Source of the DNA: Proteromonas lacertae | Taxonomy: Eukaryota | Length of the DNA stretch: 64,000 bases | Assembly (NCBI GenBank): GCA_002245135.1 | Contig: NGBS01000878.1 | Span: forward strand, 124,001 to 188,000 | Direction of reading: 5' to 3' | Part shown: one piece after another, positions 1-12,843 of the stretch | How the letters are laid out: each line of letters begins with the position of its first letter | Numbering within the stretch: the stretch's first letter is position 1 | Position numbers and translations under genes: made by a program | The notes under the pieces: model-generated | What the model was told of the DNA's origin: nothing | Databases searched by the model: none | What the model saw: the letters and a program-made list of their open reading frames with translations, nothing else

Positions 1-969
1 AAGTTTGTTCCAATTCACTATTTCATTAATATTAAATAATATATTTATACGATTCACGATATTCTTGATTAGCTGTTAATTTACATCCTAATAATCTAAA
101 TAATGTTGTAGCTGCAGATGAGAATGTGAAAATAGAAGATTTATCAACTATTTTATCTAACTTGATTATTGTTTCATTATCTATATATTATTATTATAAA
201 ATATATCAACAAATATACTGTTATTTTGTCTTGTAATATCATATCTTAACAAACCATTAAATAAATCTGTATTTCCTGTTTTACCATTTACTTGAAAATA
301 TGTTCTTGAATCAGAAATATATATGAAAACATCAGCAACAAATACTTCAACATCTCTACTAAGACTTCCAGTTATACCTTCATCTTTTGCAATTGGATGA
401 GATGATGGATTGTAATATAATTTAATTTGATTATTAGCATCATCTAAAGACACTAATTCCATTGAAGCACCATCTGGATATAAACTATTCACTATTTTAT
501 TATCCTCATTTACATAAAATGAAAGATTATCGTTTACTGCTAATCGATCTAATTGCTTATAAATATAATCACATGCTAAAGATAAACCACCTTTGTCTAT
601 ATTATCAATTTTATATTTTAAATCTTTTAATGAACAACCTTTTTCTTTGTTGTAGTATAATATATCACTTGGAGTGAATGATATAAATGAATCATCTGGT
701 TTAAAGGAGGAGATTTTCACATCAGTTTGATCATTTCCATTATTTCTTTCAATTTTGTAATGATATGATAGTTTATATTTATTATCTTTATCTCCACTGA
801 AATACACGACATAATAATTTGAATCGGAAAGAAATTCTGATCTTCCACTTTTAGCATCTTCTAAGGGAACACCACCTTGCTTATCAGAAAGTGCATACTT
901 CTTATCATCACATAGACATTGGTTAAATACTAATACAATTAACAAGATAAATGATAAATAGGATTTCAT
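1..969 (-). CDS. Secreted/surface protein of unknown function; 3' end runs off the window
   Basis: The N-terminus is signal-peptide-like (MKSYLSFILLIVLVFNQCLC). The frame continues past 181 via a short GT-AG intron (~218-181) and a further intron near 50-20. Confidence 0.7.
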
Positions 970-1739
970 TGTTTTTATTATTTTTTGTGAATTATTTTTT
1001 GTTAAGAAATGTTATAATGATATATATCCTTATTTCAGTTGCATGAAGATATATGGATATGATGGATATCACTGAATGGGACGAAGCGAAGGAAGTAAAG
1101 CTATATTCACATCTGATTCGCTATCACATCCACCAATATAGATATTTGATATTTATTCAGTCCTTTGTAAACATTTCCAATACTCATTCTCACCAAATAC
1201 AAACTATTAATAAAGATTTCGTCTTTGTACTTTATTTAAATAAATATTATTAGTCATGATACCATATAGAAAGCGACTTTGTTTGTATTATACAACAAAT
1301 TTGTATTATATTAGAGAAAAATGAAATTGAAAAATAATTCAAAAATTTGATTCGTTTCGGAGTTTTCAAACATGTTTGAGTCTTGTTTTTTGATTTTTCA
1401 AAAATGTAGTTCATATTTCCAAAATACATAATAGTTATAATATACCAATAAGACTAATAATCATTAATATAACAATATATAATTATATAATATTAAAGGA
1501 TTCTTTTGATAATTCTATCTTTTCTTTTTTAGATATTCCTTCTATCTTTATTCTTCCAATTGATGAGAATGTTTGTAAAAATGATTTTAAATCAGGTTTA
1601 TTAATATTTTCTTTTAATATCTTTGTGAATATATACAAACTCTCAAAAATTTCTCTGTTATCTTTCAAATGAGATATTATACATCAATTTTATGTTTTTA
1701 TTTTAATGAAAAAAACATAGTTATTCATCCATCAATTAA

Positions 1740-4317
1740 TTAAAAATGATGTTTTCTTCCTCCACGAATGTGAGTTTTTTCACTTCTTCTTTCCTTGTGA
1801 TCATCATCATCATCATCATGGTGATGACGATGATGCTTTTCTTCATTATGGTGTTTACCAAACATTTTCCCATCAAATCTTTTACCAAATTGTCTTTTCA
1901 CATCCATTTCGCCATTATTTGGACAAGCTTTATGACTATACATATCATAATATTTACCACTATGTTCTTTACAAATTTCAGGTTTATCTTCTTCAATCTC
2001 ATCACAAATACCAGTGATAACATCTTTACCTTTATAGAATTTGTTGTTTATCATAGTCCAAGGTACATACTGATGATCACTTGGAGTTTGATCGACATTC
2101 CATAAATGAATCTTATCACCTTCTAAACTGTAACCACATTCTAACACTTCTTTACCATTGATTTCACTTTCAGATGCACATTTCATAACTGTTTCATTCT
2201 TTATCATATCATAACCAGACTTTTCCATACAGTAAATGAAGGAATACCATTTATCTACTGAAGGATTCTTATTGATTGCACAACCTTCTAACTTGTTTCC
2301 TAAACATTCATCATCTCCATGTTGACATTCAATATTAATTGGATCTCTTGAAATAACTTTGGTATTAGCCAGCTGGATATAACATCAAGTTTATTCTCTT
2401 CATTAATTCAGCATTATCATACACTTCTTTCAAATCATCGATTATTTCATATTTACATGCACCACAGAAAACTTCGTAGTATAAATCTAATTTCACTTTG
2501 TCTTCTTTTATATTAACATTCTTTTCACATCTTTTATTCTTGTTATGATTAATTATTGAAATTCGATGTTTCTTACAGATTTCAGGTTTTTCACCTTCGA
2601 TATGATTACAGATTTCATTGATTATATCTTCACCATCATACATCTTGTTGTTTATTACTGTCCAAGGAACCCATTGATGATCACTTGGAGTTTGATCGAC
2701 ATTCCATAAATGAATCTTATCACCTTCTAAACTGTAACCACATTCTAACACTTCTTTACCATTGATTTCACTTTCAGATGCACATTTCATAACTGTTTCA
2801 TTCTTTATCATATCATAACCAGACTTTTCCATACAGTAAATGAAGGAATACCATTTATCTACTGAAGGATTCTTGTTGATTGCACAACCTTCTAACTTGT
2901 TTCCTAAACATTCATCATCTCCATGTTGACATTTGATCTTTATTGGATCTCGAGAGATTACTTGAGTATTACCAGCTGGATATAACATCAAATCAATATT
3001 CTTCATTAAGTCTTTATCATCATATATTGTCTTAATATCTGTTATAATCTCCATTTCACATCCTGGACAGAATGATTCGTAGTATAAATCTAATTTCACT
3101 TTATCTTCATTTTCTTTTTTACATCGATTTAATTTATGATTTGAATGCAAGTGTTTCTTACAAATTTCAGGTTTTTCACCTTCGATATGATTACAGATTT
3201 CATTGATTATATCTTCACCATCATACATCTTGTTGTTTATTACTGTCCAAGGAACCCATTGATGATCACTTGGAGTTTGATCGACATTCCATAAATGAAT
3301 CTTATCACCTTCTAAACTGTAACCACATTCTAACACTTCTTTACCATTGATTTCACTTTCAGATGCACATTTCATAACTGTTTCATTCTTTATCATATCA
3401 TAACCAGACTTTTCCATACAGTAAATGAAGGAATACCATTTATCTACTGAAGGATTCTTGTTGATTGCACAACCTTCTAACTTGTTTCCTAAACATTCAT
3501 CATCTCCATGTTGACATTTGATCTTTATTGGATCTCGAGAGATTACTTGAGTATTACCAGCTGGATATAACATCAAATCAATATTCTTCATTAAGTCTTT
3601 ATCATCATATATTGTCTTAATATCTGTTATAATCTCCATTTCACATCCTGGACAGAATGATTCGTAGTATAAATCTAATTTCACTTATCTTCATTTTCTT
3701 TTACATCGATTAATTTATGATTGAATGCAAGTGTTCTTACAAATTTCAGGTTTTCACCTCGATATTAAGATTCATGAATCTTGTTTATTACTGTCAAGAA
3801 CCATTGATGATCACTTGAGTTTGATCGACATTCCATAAATGATCTTATCACTTCTAACTGTAACACATTCTAACACTTCTTTACCATTGATTTCACTTTC
3901 AGATGCACATTTCATAACTGTTTCATTCTTTATCATATCATAACCAGACTTTTCCATACAGTAAATGAAGGAATACCATTTATCTACTGAAGGATTCTTG
4001 TTGATTGCACAACCTTCTAACTTGTTTCCTAAACATTCATCATCTCCATGTTGACATTTGATCTTTATTGGATCTCGAGAGATTACTTGAGTATTACCAG
4101 CTGGATATAACATCAAATCAATATTCTTCATTAAGTCTTTATCATCATATATTGTCTTAATATCTGTTTATCTCCATTTCACATCCTGGACAGAATGATT
4201 CGTAGTATAAATCTAATTTCACGTTTCCAGCACTAGCTAATGTAACCTACAACAAATATAGACATTAAATAATCATACCAATGCTGTGAGAAGCAAAAAC
4301 CTTAGAACACAGTTCAT
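1740..4317 (-). CDS. IFI30: Multi-domain GILT (gamma-interferon-inducible lysosomal thiol reductase)-like protein with four tandem domains; frameshifted in this assembly
   Basis: A signal-peptide exon starts at ATG 4317, followed by one intron. Four copies of LYYESxCxxC...CQHGxxECxGN...YVPW/WVPW follow (CPGC x3, CGAC x1), then a His/Asp-rich tail. Frame breaks occur near 4170, 3690-3860 and 2368. Confidence 0.88.
1960..4225. repeat. Four near-identical tandem units of ~540-604 bp (GILT domain duplications)
   Basis: The string gtaaatgaaggaataccatttatctactgaagg recurs at 2232, 2836, 3421 and 3961. Confidence 0.95.
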
Positions 4318-4462
4318 CAAATAAACTTTTCTAGAAATTTCTTATTTAAAAACTCATGTAGATGACGCGTGTTTGTTTTTAGAGTTATTCTGTTAATGAT
4401 TTAGTTTTTATTACACTATAAAACATTCAATTAAATACTAAAATTATATAAACTATAACTAT

Positions 4463-5755
4463 TCAAGTATAAATCTTTAAATAATTGTCTATCTCACCTC
4501 TACATACGGGACATCTATTTTCATCTTCTACTTCACAAATAGTCTGACATGAATCACACAAACCTAGTAATAATTAATATACATCTATAATTATACAAAA
4601 ATGGCCACAAGGAACAATAGCATGTGTTATAGGTTCAGTCAAGCAAATAACACAATTAGCATCTTCACTATCATACACTCTTAAAAACCCTTCAATTGGT
4701 TGTGAACACATCGGACAATACTTCTCACCTTGTAACTCATATCCTAATTTACAATTCTCACAAAAACACATATGACCACAATTCATAACAGCGAACTTCA
4801 AAGGAGTCATCCCACAAATAGCACAATGCAATATATATGATGTATTATTAACATAAACATTATGACTAGATGAAACTCTACTTTCTCTAGTAATACCATT
4901 ATTATTATTACCACCAGATAATTCTGGTGGAATAACACATACAGTTGGTTGTAATATATTATGTTCTATTCCATATTGTATTTGTTCTTGAATCTGTATT
5001 TCTTCTTCATTTTTTCTTCTTTGTTGTTCTCTATCATGAATTAACTGTAATCTTCTAGCTTCTTCAAATTCTTCATCATCTATTGGAATAGAGGTATATA
5101 CACGAATATTATTTAAAACTGTATGATGCACACGGTTATTATTATTATTTCTATTACTATGACGATGGTGATGATGGTGATGGTGATGTGAATGATGATT
5201 GAATGAATAATCGTCATTCTCATCATCACTATCATCATAAATTTGATTATGATTATGATTATTAGAGATATTATTATTATTTATACCTTCTTCTGTTATT
5301 AACATTTGTGAATATTCATCATCATCATCTGGAATTAATTCTTCATCATAAAATAAATGTCTGAGATAATTAATGTATTTTGGATAAAAATAAGAAAAAT
5401 GAAATATATTTCCTATTACAAATGCTGATATTGCCGTTATTATTATTGCTCGTTTGATATTTTCCAAGATAAACATCCAATAAGGAATTGATAAGAAAAT
5501 TAATAATACAACTTGGATAGCAATAAAAATACAAGAATAGAAAAAGATGTAAGGCAACTTTTCCTTTATTCTACCTCTAAATATATAACACACAAACGAA
5601 ATCCCCATAATTGGCAAAAATTGGACTGCAAATAACATAAATATTCCAAATATAAAAATCATTATAATATGAAATACCCAATATATTCTAACATAATCCC
5701 AATTTGTGGTAATTCTAGAAGGAAATATACATCTGGTAAAATAATTGCTACTCAT
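4463..5755 (-). CDS. Membrane-anchored E3 ubiquitin ligase with two C3HC4-type RING fingers
   Basis: About four N-terminal TM segments are followed by CAIC..CGHMCFCENC..CPMC and CVIC..CGHFCLCDSC..CPVC. The second RING is completed by a short intron near 4598-4566; stop TGA at 4463-4465. Confidence 0.85.
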
Positions 5756-5881
5756 ATTTATATTTAAATTAGTAAGAAATTAAAACAGTATATTAGTAAT
5801 AAATGTAGAAAAAAAATAAAATCTAAAAAAGCTTGAATCAAAGCTTGTGTTTATTATGTTTAGAAACAAAAAACAACATAA

Positions 5882-6905
5882 CTATCTAACATAACAACTT
5901 TTAGTGGAATAAAACAGAATCAACGTCTCATTTTTACTACAAAATAAGTCAATTAATTGACCAACAGTTAAATAAGAAGGTAAACACTCCATCTATTAAA
6001 TACAAAATAATTAAATATTAATATACTTCTGGTCTCATATTTTTAGTATGATTCATATGATATAAATTAACTCTCGACTCCATACAATTAAATATTTGAG
6101 ATAAATACTTCTTCAATACCAGTACAGTTGCATTTATACTCAATGATATATATGGATGATTTAATTTATATTCATCTTTAAACATTGGACAGTTTATCAA
6201 TCCAATTGTCACTTTCTTAATTACAGGCACTGGCTTCTGTTCAATTGGCTCAAATAGATAATCACCACTTTCAAAATCATCTGCAGTTGGAGTACTAGAT
6301 GGTGTATGTTTATTTGAATTAATTGGTGAACCAGTAGGTGAATCGTTATCTTTTGGTGAATTAGAAGGGGAGTAGGGTGCTACATATTGTGGATATTTCT
6401 GTTTACGATGATGCCCTTTTTCATCTAAGGGAGAAGACAAATGGTGAGTTACAGTATTAACATATGCAGCTGTTGGTTCATATTCTAAACCACCAGGAAG
6501 TAATATATTGATTAAATTAGCCATTCTTTCATCAGGACTATTTTCAGAATATATAGGTAATGTGATTTATACTGTAAATCTCTTCTTGAGGAAAGATGTG
6601 ATCGACATGCAGGACATTCCATCTTTGTTTTTCTTAAACATGTTTGAATACATTCATTACAAAAACGATGCAAACACTACAATAGATGATTGTAACACTT
6701 TTATACTTCTTTTACAATAACTGGATTTTTCATTATCTCCAAACAAATAGGACATGATAAATCCTTTCTTATTGTTTCAATATTCACAGAAACAGTTTGA
6801 GGCAAACTATTCTCCTAAAAACTAAATATTATATAATACATCAATTTTTATAGGTCTATTATCTGCAATATATGGAAAATCTTCATATGAATTATTTAAA
6901 CTCAT
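5882..6905 (-). CDS. RNF2: RING1/RNF2-like PRC1 E3 ligase (RING plus RAWUL-like domain), 5 exons
   Basis: The spliced translation reads LSCPICLEIMKNPVIVKECLHRFCNECIQTCLRKTKMECPACRSHLSSRRDLHPDERMANLI, matching the RING1/Sce signature. The C-terminal YISLSINATVLVLKKYL resembles RAWUL. Confidence 0.85.
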
Positions 6906-7023
6906 TAGAAAATTGGGTATTTAAATAAATTAAGTTTGATACAATCAAACCAAGCTTTTAAGCTCGTGTTTAGTTTCCACAGTTTCTACTTCTTTATTTT
7001 TCTTTGTTTTTCTTTCCACACAG

Positions 7024-7578
7024 ATGTTAATTGAAGATCCTATTGATGTAGAGCATAAAAGGCGCAAGAGATCAGCTTATGTAGGAGTATTAGGCGTTTA
7101 TATTCCTGAAATTTTCTTTATTTTGATGTACATGGCAACAAAGTTTAAAGGGTTTGCTCCAATATGCACTCTCAACTTATCTATATGGGAACATTCGAAA
7201 GCTGTTTATTATGGATGTTTGGTTTATTCAATAGCAGAATATTTCTATATTCGTCCAAGTAACAAATTCTATTTCTGGGGTATTAAAGCAAGAATAATCG
7301 TCTGGGCACCTTTATTATTAATAGCAGCATATTATACTTATTCTGGTGCAATTGGTGAACATTATCATTCTGTTGATGCTTTATTATTGATACTGGATAA
7401 TATTTTTATCGTGTATTACACTTATCGTGGTTTGGAACAAAAAACTGTGTGTAAATACGGTTCAATTGGTCATATGGTGTTGTGTGGTTTTCTTTTAGTG
7501 TTATATGTATTATACTCATTTTGGCAACCTCATATTCCACTATTTTATGATAGTGCTAACAATAAATATGGAATGTAA
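7024..7578 (+). CDS. DUF6512-like multi-pass membrane protein (bacterial-type), intronless
   Basis: Motifs NLSIWEHSK, YYTYSGAIGEH..VD and PHIPLFYD..KYG resemble a Firmicutes membrane family, recognised by eye. Confidence 0.7.
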   Translation: MLIEDPIDVEHKRRKRSAYVGVLGVYIPEIFFILMYMATKFKGFAPICTLNLSIWEHSKAVYYGCLVYSIAEYFYIRPSNKFYFWGIKARIIVWAPLLLIAAYYTYSGAIGEHYHSVDALLLILDNIFIVYYTYRGLEQKTVCKYGSIGHMVLCGFLLVLYVLYSFWQPHIPLFYDSANNKYGM

Positions 7579-7685
7579 GTAATTTATAGTTGTGATTTGT
7601 TTTAAATATGATTTACATGTTTTGTTGGGTTTGACATATTCATATATTCAATAGTCGTGTATGAAGTAAGTGTAAACACTGAATA

Positions 7686-8247
7686 ATGATAAAACACATT
7701 AAACTATCATCAGATTTCATAGAAAAGAATAACTTTGTTATTACATCACTATTTTGTTTTTATATCAGCTGTTTATGGCATTTTGTAAATGATTTTGTTA
7801 AAATACCTGTTATAACTCCTTTCTTCCCTGTTAATGAGTCAGTGTGGGAACATTCAAAGTTAATATTCTTTCCAATCATTATTGCATCTATTATAGAATA
7901 TGCTTCTATTACACGTTACACATTTGTTAAATTTTGTCAATGATGTGTTATACAATTCATTTAAAAGTGTTATTATTATGATTATTTTGTTCTATGCTTA
8001 TAGTGGAGCTATTGGAACACACTTATTAGTTATTGATATTTTAGTTGTGTTGATTGTGGATTTAATTTCATTCTATAATATCCATTTCATGATTAAATGT
8101 GATAAATATCACAAGCATAGAAGATATTATGGTATTATAGATGGAAGTATAATGATTTTTTTGATGATTTTTTTTACATACTATCCAATACATTTACCTT
8201 TATTTTTAGATAATCAATCACATTCTTATGGTATAAAAAATAATTAA
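7686..8247 (+). CDS. Second DUF6512-like membrane protein (tandem paralog) with a 1-nt frameshift near 7915-7940
   Basis: FFPVNESVWEHSKL lies in one frame and YAYSGAIGTH..ID..FTYYPIHLPLFLD..YG in the overlapping frame. Confidence 0.7.
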
Positions 8248-8366
8248 TTTTGTTTTTCTAATCATTTTTCTTTTTTCATTTGTAATTCGTTTATACTACA
8301 TAAATATAATGTAAAAAACAAAATAATTAGATTATATTGTTTCATAGATTAAAACATCTTAATCAT

Positions 8367-9208
8367 TTATTCAAAGATACATACGCTATAGATTATAACG
8401 ATAATCAAATACTTTGAGAATATTCTTTGTGTATCTGCTATTTCTTTAACTCCATTTGGTATTGTTGCTTGATTGCATTTATATGAAATAACCATAGTAG
8501 GCAAATCTTTCTTTGTATATAATTGTTGTTGTTGGTTTAATGACATTTGTTGCTGTTGTTGTGGATTATGATAATTTCTATACTCGTGAATATGAAAAAT
8601 TGAAATATTTAGATTGGGTGATAATGAAAAATATTTCATATAGGGCTGTCTATTGATCTTTCTATTAATATTATAACAACACTTTATTATATACTGAGGT
8701 CTTTTAGAAAGTATTATTTTTTCTACAGATGAATAATTGAATGATTTTAATAATGATTCTGGATGACCATAGTATTCTATTGGCTTAAAATACCTAGAAA
8801 ATATAGTCGATGTTTCCTTATGGCATGAGCCATAATATATTAACATATTTTTGGATTTACTCGATGAAATAGTGGTATTTAAAAAATGAGGAGTATCAAG
8901 CATTATTTTATCATCTATTAGTTTAAATATAATAAATATTAATACAATGAGTTGGATCTGCTAATATATTCTCTAACTTCATGCCTATGAATTGTTCAGG
9001 AGCAAAGTATGAGAATAAATTAAATTTACATTCCAACACTTCACCATTAGGAATTAATCCTATTATCTTTTGCTCTAATTCTCTATAAGGTATCATCTAA
9101 ATGAATATCCAAATGATTATATACCTTATATTCTTCTGGATTTTCTCTTTTTATTCCAATTTTACCAAATGATATGCATTCATATGAATCAGAAATGGAG
9201 TTAAACAT
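8367..9208 (-). CDS. Hypothetical protein, about 4 exons
   Basis: The frame is open from ATG 9208 through three short GT-AG introns to TAA at 8367. Confidence 0.6.
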
Positions 9209-9299
9209 GAAAATATGAATCAAACAAGTTTGTTATTGTGAAACGAATATATTGATAAAAATTGTTTTATATCTCCCTTATTAGTGTTTAAACAATTTT

Positions 9300-10106
9300 A
9301 TGGAGGAAGAAGAAAATAATGTTAATGAATTTACAGACAGATGTGAAAGTGAAGATGAATATGAACAAACAGGAAGAGATGGTGCTAGAAGTGAAAATAA
9401 ACCAAATAATACAGCTGTAAATGAATAAAGCATAAGCATTAACCCAAATGAGCTTATTGGTGAATCAACTACGTCTATATCAGATTTTTTGAAGAAGAAA
9501 ATGTAGAAGATAAAGAGGATAAAGGCAATGCAGAAGATAAGCTTAAATCAGATATATCTAAGAAGAGAGAAAGAAATGATGGCGGAGACAGATTTAGTAA
9601 AAGAATAAAAACAGAAGCTGATATAGATTTTCATTTATTTTCATTAGTTATTTTAAAAGAAGACTATCAAGATCAGTGTATTGATGATATAGAAATATAA
9701 AATATTACTCCTACTCCTATACTAGATAGTTTAGTAAAGATCATCAACGAATATTTAGAATTTACAGATACTGATTTTCGTGTATTAAAACTGCAGCACA
9801 ATTAGTCAAAGGAATTAATATATCTTCAATGGCAAAAATGTGATTATGATGATTAACTAATATATGAAACAGAAGAAGAAATATGTCTAAAACTATAAAA
9901 GATATGGTAAAAGAATTACATTTTTAGCTGAATGCTTACATTCTATTAATTGGTACATTTCAAACTGCTTTAGCTAATTGATTATATTCTTTCTGATGAG
10001 TCTGAAGAAGAAAAAGAAAAAGAAAATTAAGAAAAGACTGTAAAAGAAAGTGAAGCAGCTGTGAAAGTAGATCGTTCTGAATATGATTTATAAATAACTG
10101 ATTGAA
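9300..10106 (+). pseudogene. Degraded acidic/low-complexity coding remnant
   Basis: Begins MEEEENNVNEFTDRCESEDEYE...; the purine-rich coding-like sequence is broken by many stops and frameshifts. Confidence 0.45.
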
Positions 10107-10373
10107 TTTCTACAATTATCTATAGATCAATTGATGTTATTTTTAAATATTTCATAGACATTCTATTATTTCTACAAACACTCTACTTCACTACACTCTC
10201 ACTATTTACTCACAAATACTTCTAATATCTACAGAATCATTATGAAAAATAACAATATTAAAACTAAAAATGAGTATTTACATATATATTATCAATTTAC
10301 ATAAAAAACAGAAAAAATATTGGCTTGGCTTGAATTAATTACATAAAAAATTCAAAAAGACATTAGAACTGAT

Positions 10374-12579
10374 ATGAATGTAGATGAAATAAAGGAACTA
10401 TTGAAGAATAAAGATGTGGTCAAATTGAATGATATATTGAATGAGATGAAAAGCAAAAGTAGTCGTGAAGAGATTTATAAAGTATATAAAATGATAGGAG
10501 ATTATCATTTTGTGAAAGTATATAAAATAGTATTTATGATGATTAGAAAGAATATTTAGAAGCAATTTTGTATTATAAAAGTGCTTTAGAATACTCCACC
10601 TCACATACAAATAAAGAATGTAGTAATAGATGCTTAGGTCATTGTTATTATAATTTAGTATAATTATGATTTTTTATTAATAGAAAGAATATGATAAAGC
10701 AATTCCATTATTATAAAATTGCTTTGTTATTTAATTCACTAGAAAAAGATAAAGTAGTTAATAATCGAAATATTGGAAATTGTTATGTTGAAATGGTATT
10801 TATATTTATATATTTATAATGCTGAATAGAAACATTATAATGATGGAATTATTTATTTTAAGACTGCTTTGGAACATGCAGAATCAAATAAAGAAAAAAG
10901 AAAGAATAATAAGGGAATAGGTAAATGTTATTTTACATTAGTATAAATATAATAATAATAAATAGAAAGAATATGAGAAAGCTATTCCATATTTTGAAAC
11001 TGCTTTAGAATATTCATCAACAAATAAAGAATTCGAAGTTAATTACAGAATGATAGCAAACTGTTATTTCTTTTTAGTATATACGAGACTACTATAATTA
11101 TTAGAAAGAATATGAGAAAGCAATTCCGTACTATAAGAATGCATTAGAACATTCATCATCAAATCATGATAAAGATTGCAATAATAGAATGATTGGTAAT
11201 AGTTATAATAATATAGTATAAATATTGTAATTATATTAACTAGAAACATTATGATGAAGCAATTCCATATTATAAAGCAGCATTGGAGTATTCATCAAAA
11301 GATGAAGATAAAGAATGCAATAATAGAAAGATCGGTTGGTGTTATTATAATTTAGTATAATTATGATAATAATATAAATTAGAAAGAATATGAGAAAGCA
11401 ATTCCATATTTTAAAACATCATTAGAATATTCATCAAAAGATGAAGAAAAAGAATGCAAAAATAGAAAGATCGGTTGGTGTTATTATAATTTAGTATAAT
11501 TATGATAATAATATAAATTAGAAAGAATATGAGAAAGCAATTCCATATTTTAAAACATCATTAGAATATTCATCAAAAGATGAAGATAAAGAAGAGAATA
11601 ATAGAATGATAGGAAATGGTTATAATGAATCAGTATAAATATAGTGATTATATATATTAGAAACATTATGAAGAAGCAATTCCATACTTTAGAACAGCAT
11701 TGGAATATTGTTCATCAATTGAATATTTTGAATATTCTAATAGAATGATTGGAAGCTGTTATTATGATTTAGTATAGATTGAAATGATTATGCTGACTAG
11801 AAAGAATATAAACAATCAATTCCATACTATGAGAGTTCTCTATTATATTGCTCATTTAATGAAGATGTAGAATACAACAATAGAATGATTGGTTGTTGTT
11901 ATTATAATTTAGTATAATTTTTGTGATTATTCCTGTTAATAGAAAGATTATGAAAAAGCAATTCCATATTATAAAAGTGCTTTAGAATATTCATCAAAAG
12001 ATGAAGATAAAGAATGCAATAATAGAATGATTGGTAATAGTTATTATGAATCAGTATAAATATAGTGATATCTATAATAGAAAAATATAAAGAAGCAATC
12101 ATATTTGAAACTGGAAATCCTATCAATGAAAAAAAATAATAAAATGAATAGGTTGTCATTATTATTTAGTATAATTATGATGATATTCTATTAATAGAAA
12201 GAATATAAAAAAGCATTGGAATATTATAATATTGCATTAGGTTATTTAGAAGATGAAAAAGATAAATATTTATCTTTGGTTAATATAGCAGCAAGTTATT
12301 TGGAAATAGGAGAAAAAGAAAAGACAATTTCATATTTGAATGAAATAAAAGAAGAATTATGTAATGATAATACAAAATATTGGTATAATAAAGTAATGGG
12401 AAAATATTATCTTCAAATTGTATTATTTGATAATTGATATATAAACTGAATAGAAAGAAAAAGAAAAGAGTAAAGAATATTTAGAAAAATCGCTCATATA
12501 TGTAGATAATCTAATGAATGATGATAAACAAAGAGAAGAAATAAACAAATTATTAGAAGAATTAAACAAAATGAATTAA
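10374..12579 (+). CDS. TPR-repeat protein encoded as one 37-aa repeat per 111-nt phase-0 exon
   Basis: Exons KEYEKAIPYFKTSLEYSSK..NRMIGxCYYNL start at 10547, 10684, 10830, 10966, 11105, 11244, 11383, 11522, 11661, 11801 and 11943, separated by 25-34 nt introns. One unit is degenerate (12081-12168) and one exon is a 222-nt double (12198-12419). Confidence 0.88.
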
Positions 12580-12843
12580 TTTATTCTTTTTCTTTTCTTT
12601 TTCAAAATGGGTTTATGGAAATATGTTTTTATAATTTTGAAACCAAAAATCCTTTTTTTATGAAGAAATATAAAAGAAAGAAGTATAAATAATATAAAAG
12701 TACTGATGTATGTAATTAAATTAAGTAAGAAATGTATTAACTAAAATTCTACTGTTAAAGACAACATATATATTCCTTAGTGAGGAGTGTAAAACATTAT
12801 TTCATCATGTATTAGTGGATCTGCTTATATATTCTCTGATTTC

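Noticed and set aside
1053..1668. Short ORFs 1053-1253 (+) and 1483-1668 (-)
   Set aside because: No family signal or coherent exon structure; at best they are fragments.
1746..2105. Antisense and overlapping ORFs (also 24402-24704, 38563-38847, 41575-41922, 12981-13205 and others)
   Set aside because: These are shadow frames of real genes on low-complexity sequence, with no motifs.
10547..12200. CRISPR-like repeat/spacer array
   Set aside because: The periodicity is exon-intron units of a TPR gene in a eukaryotic context; no cas genes are present.
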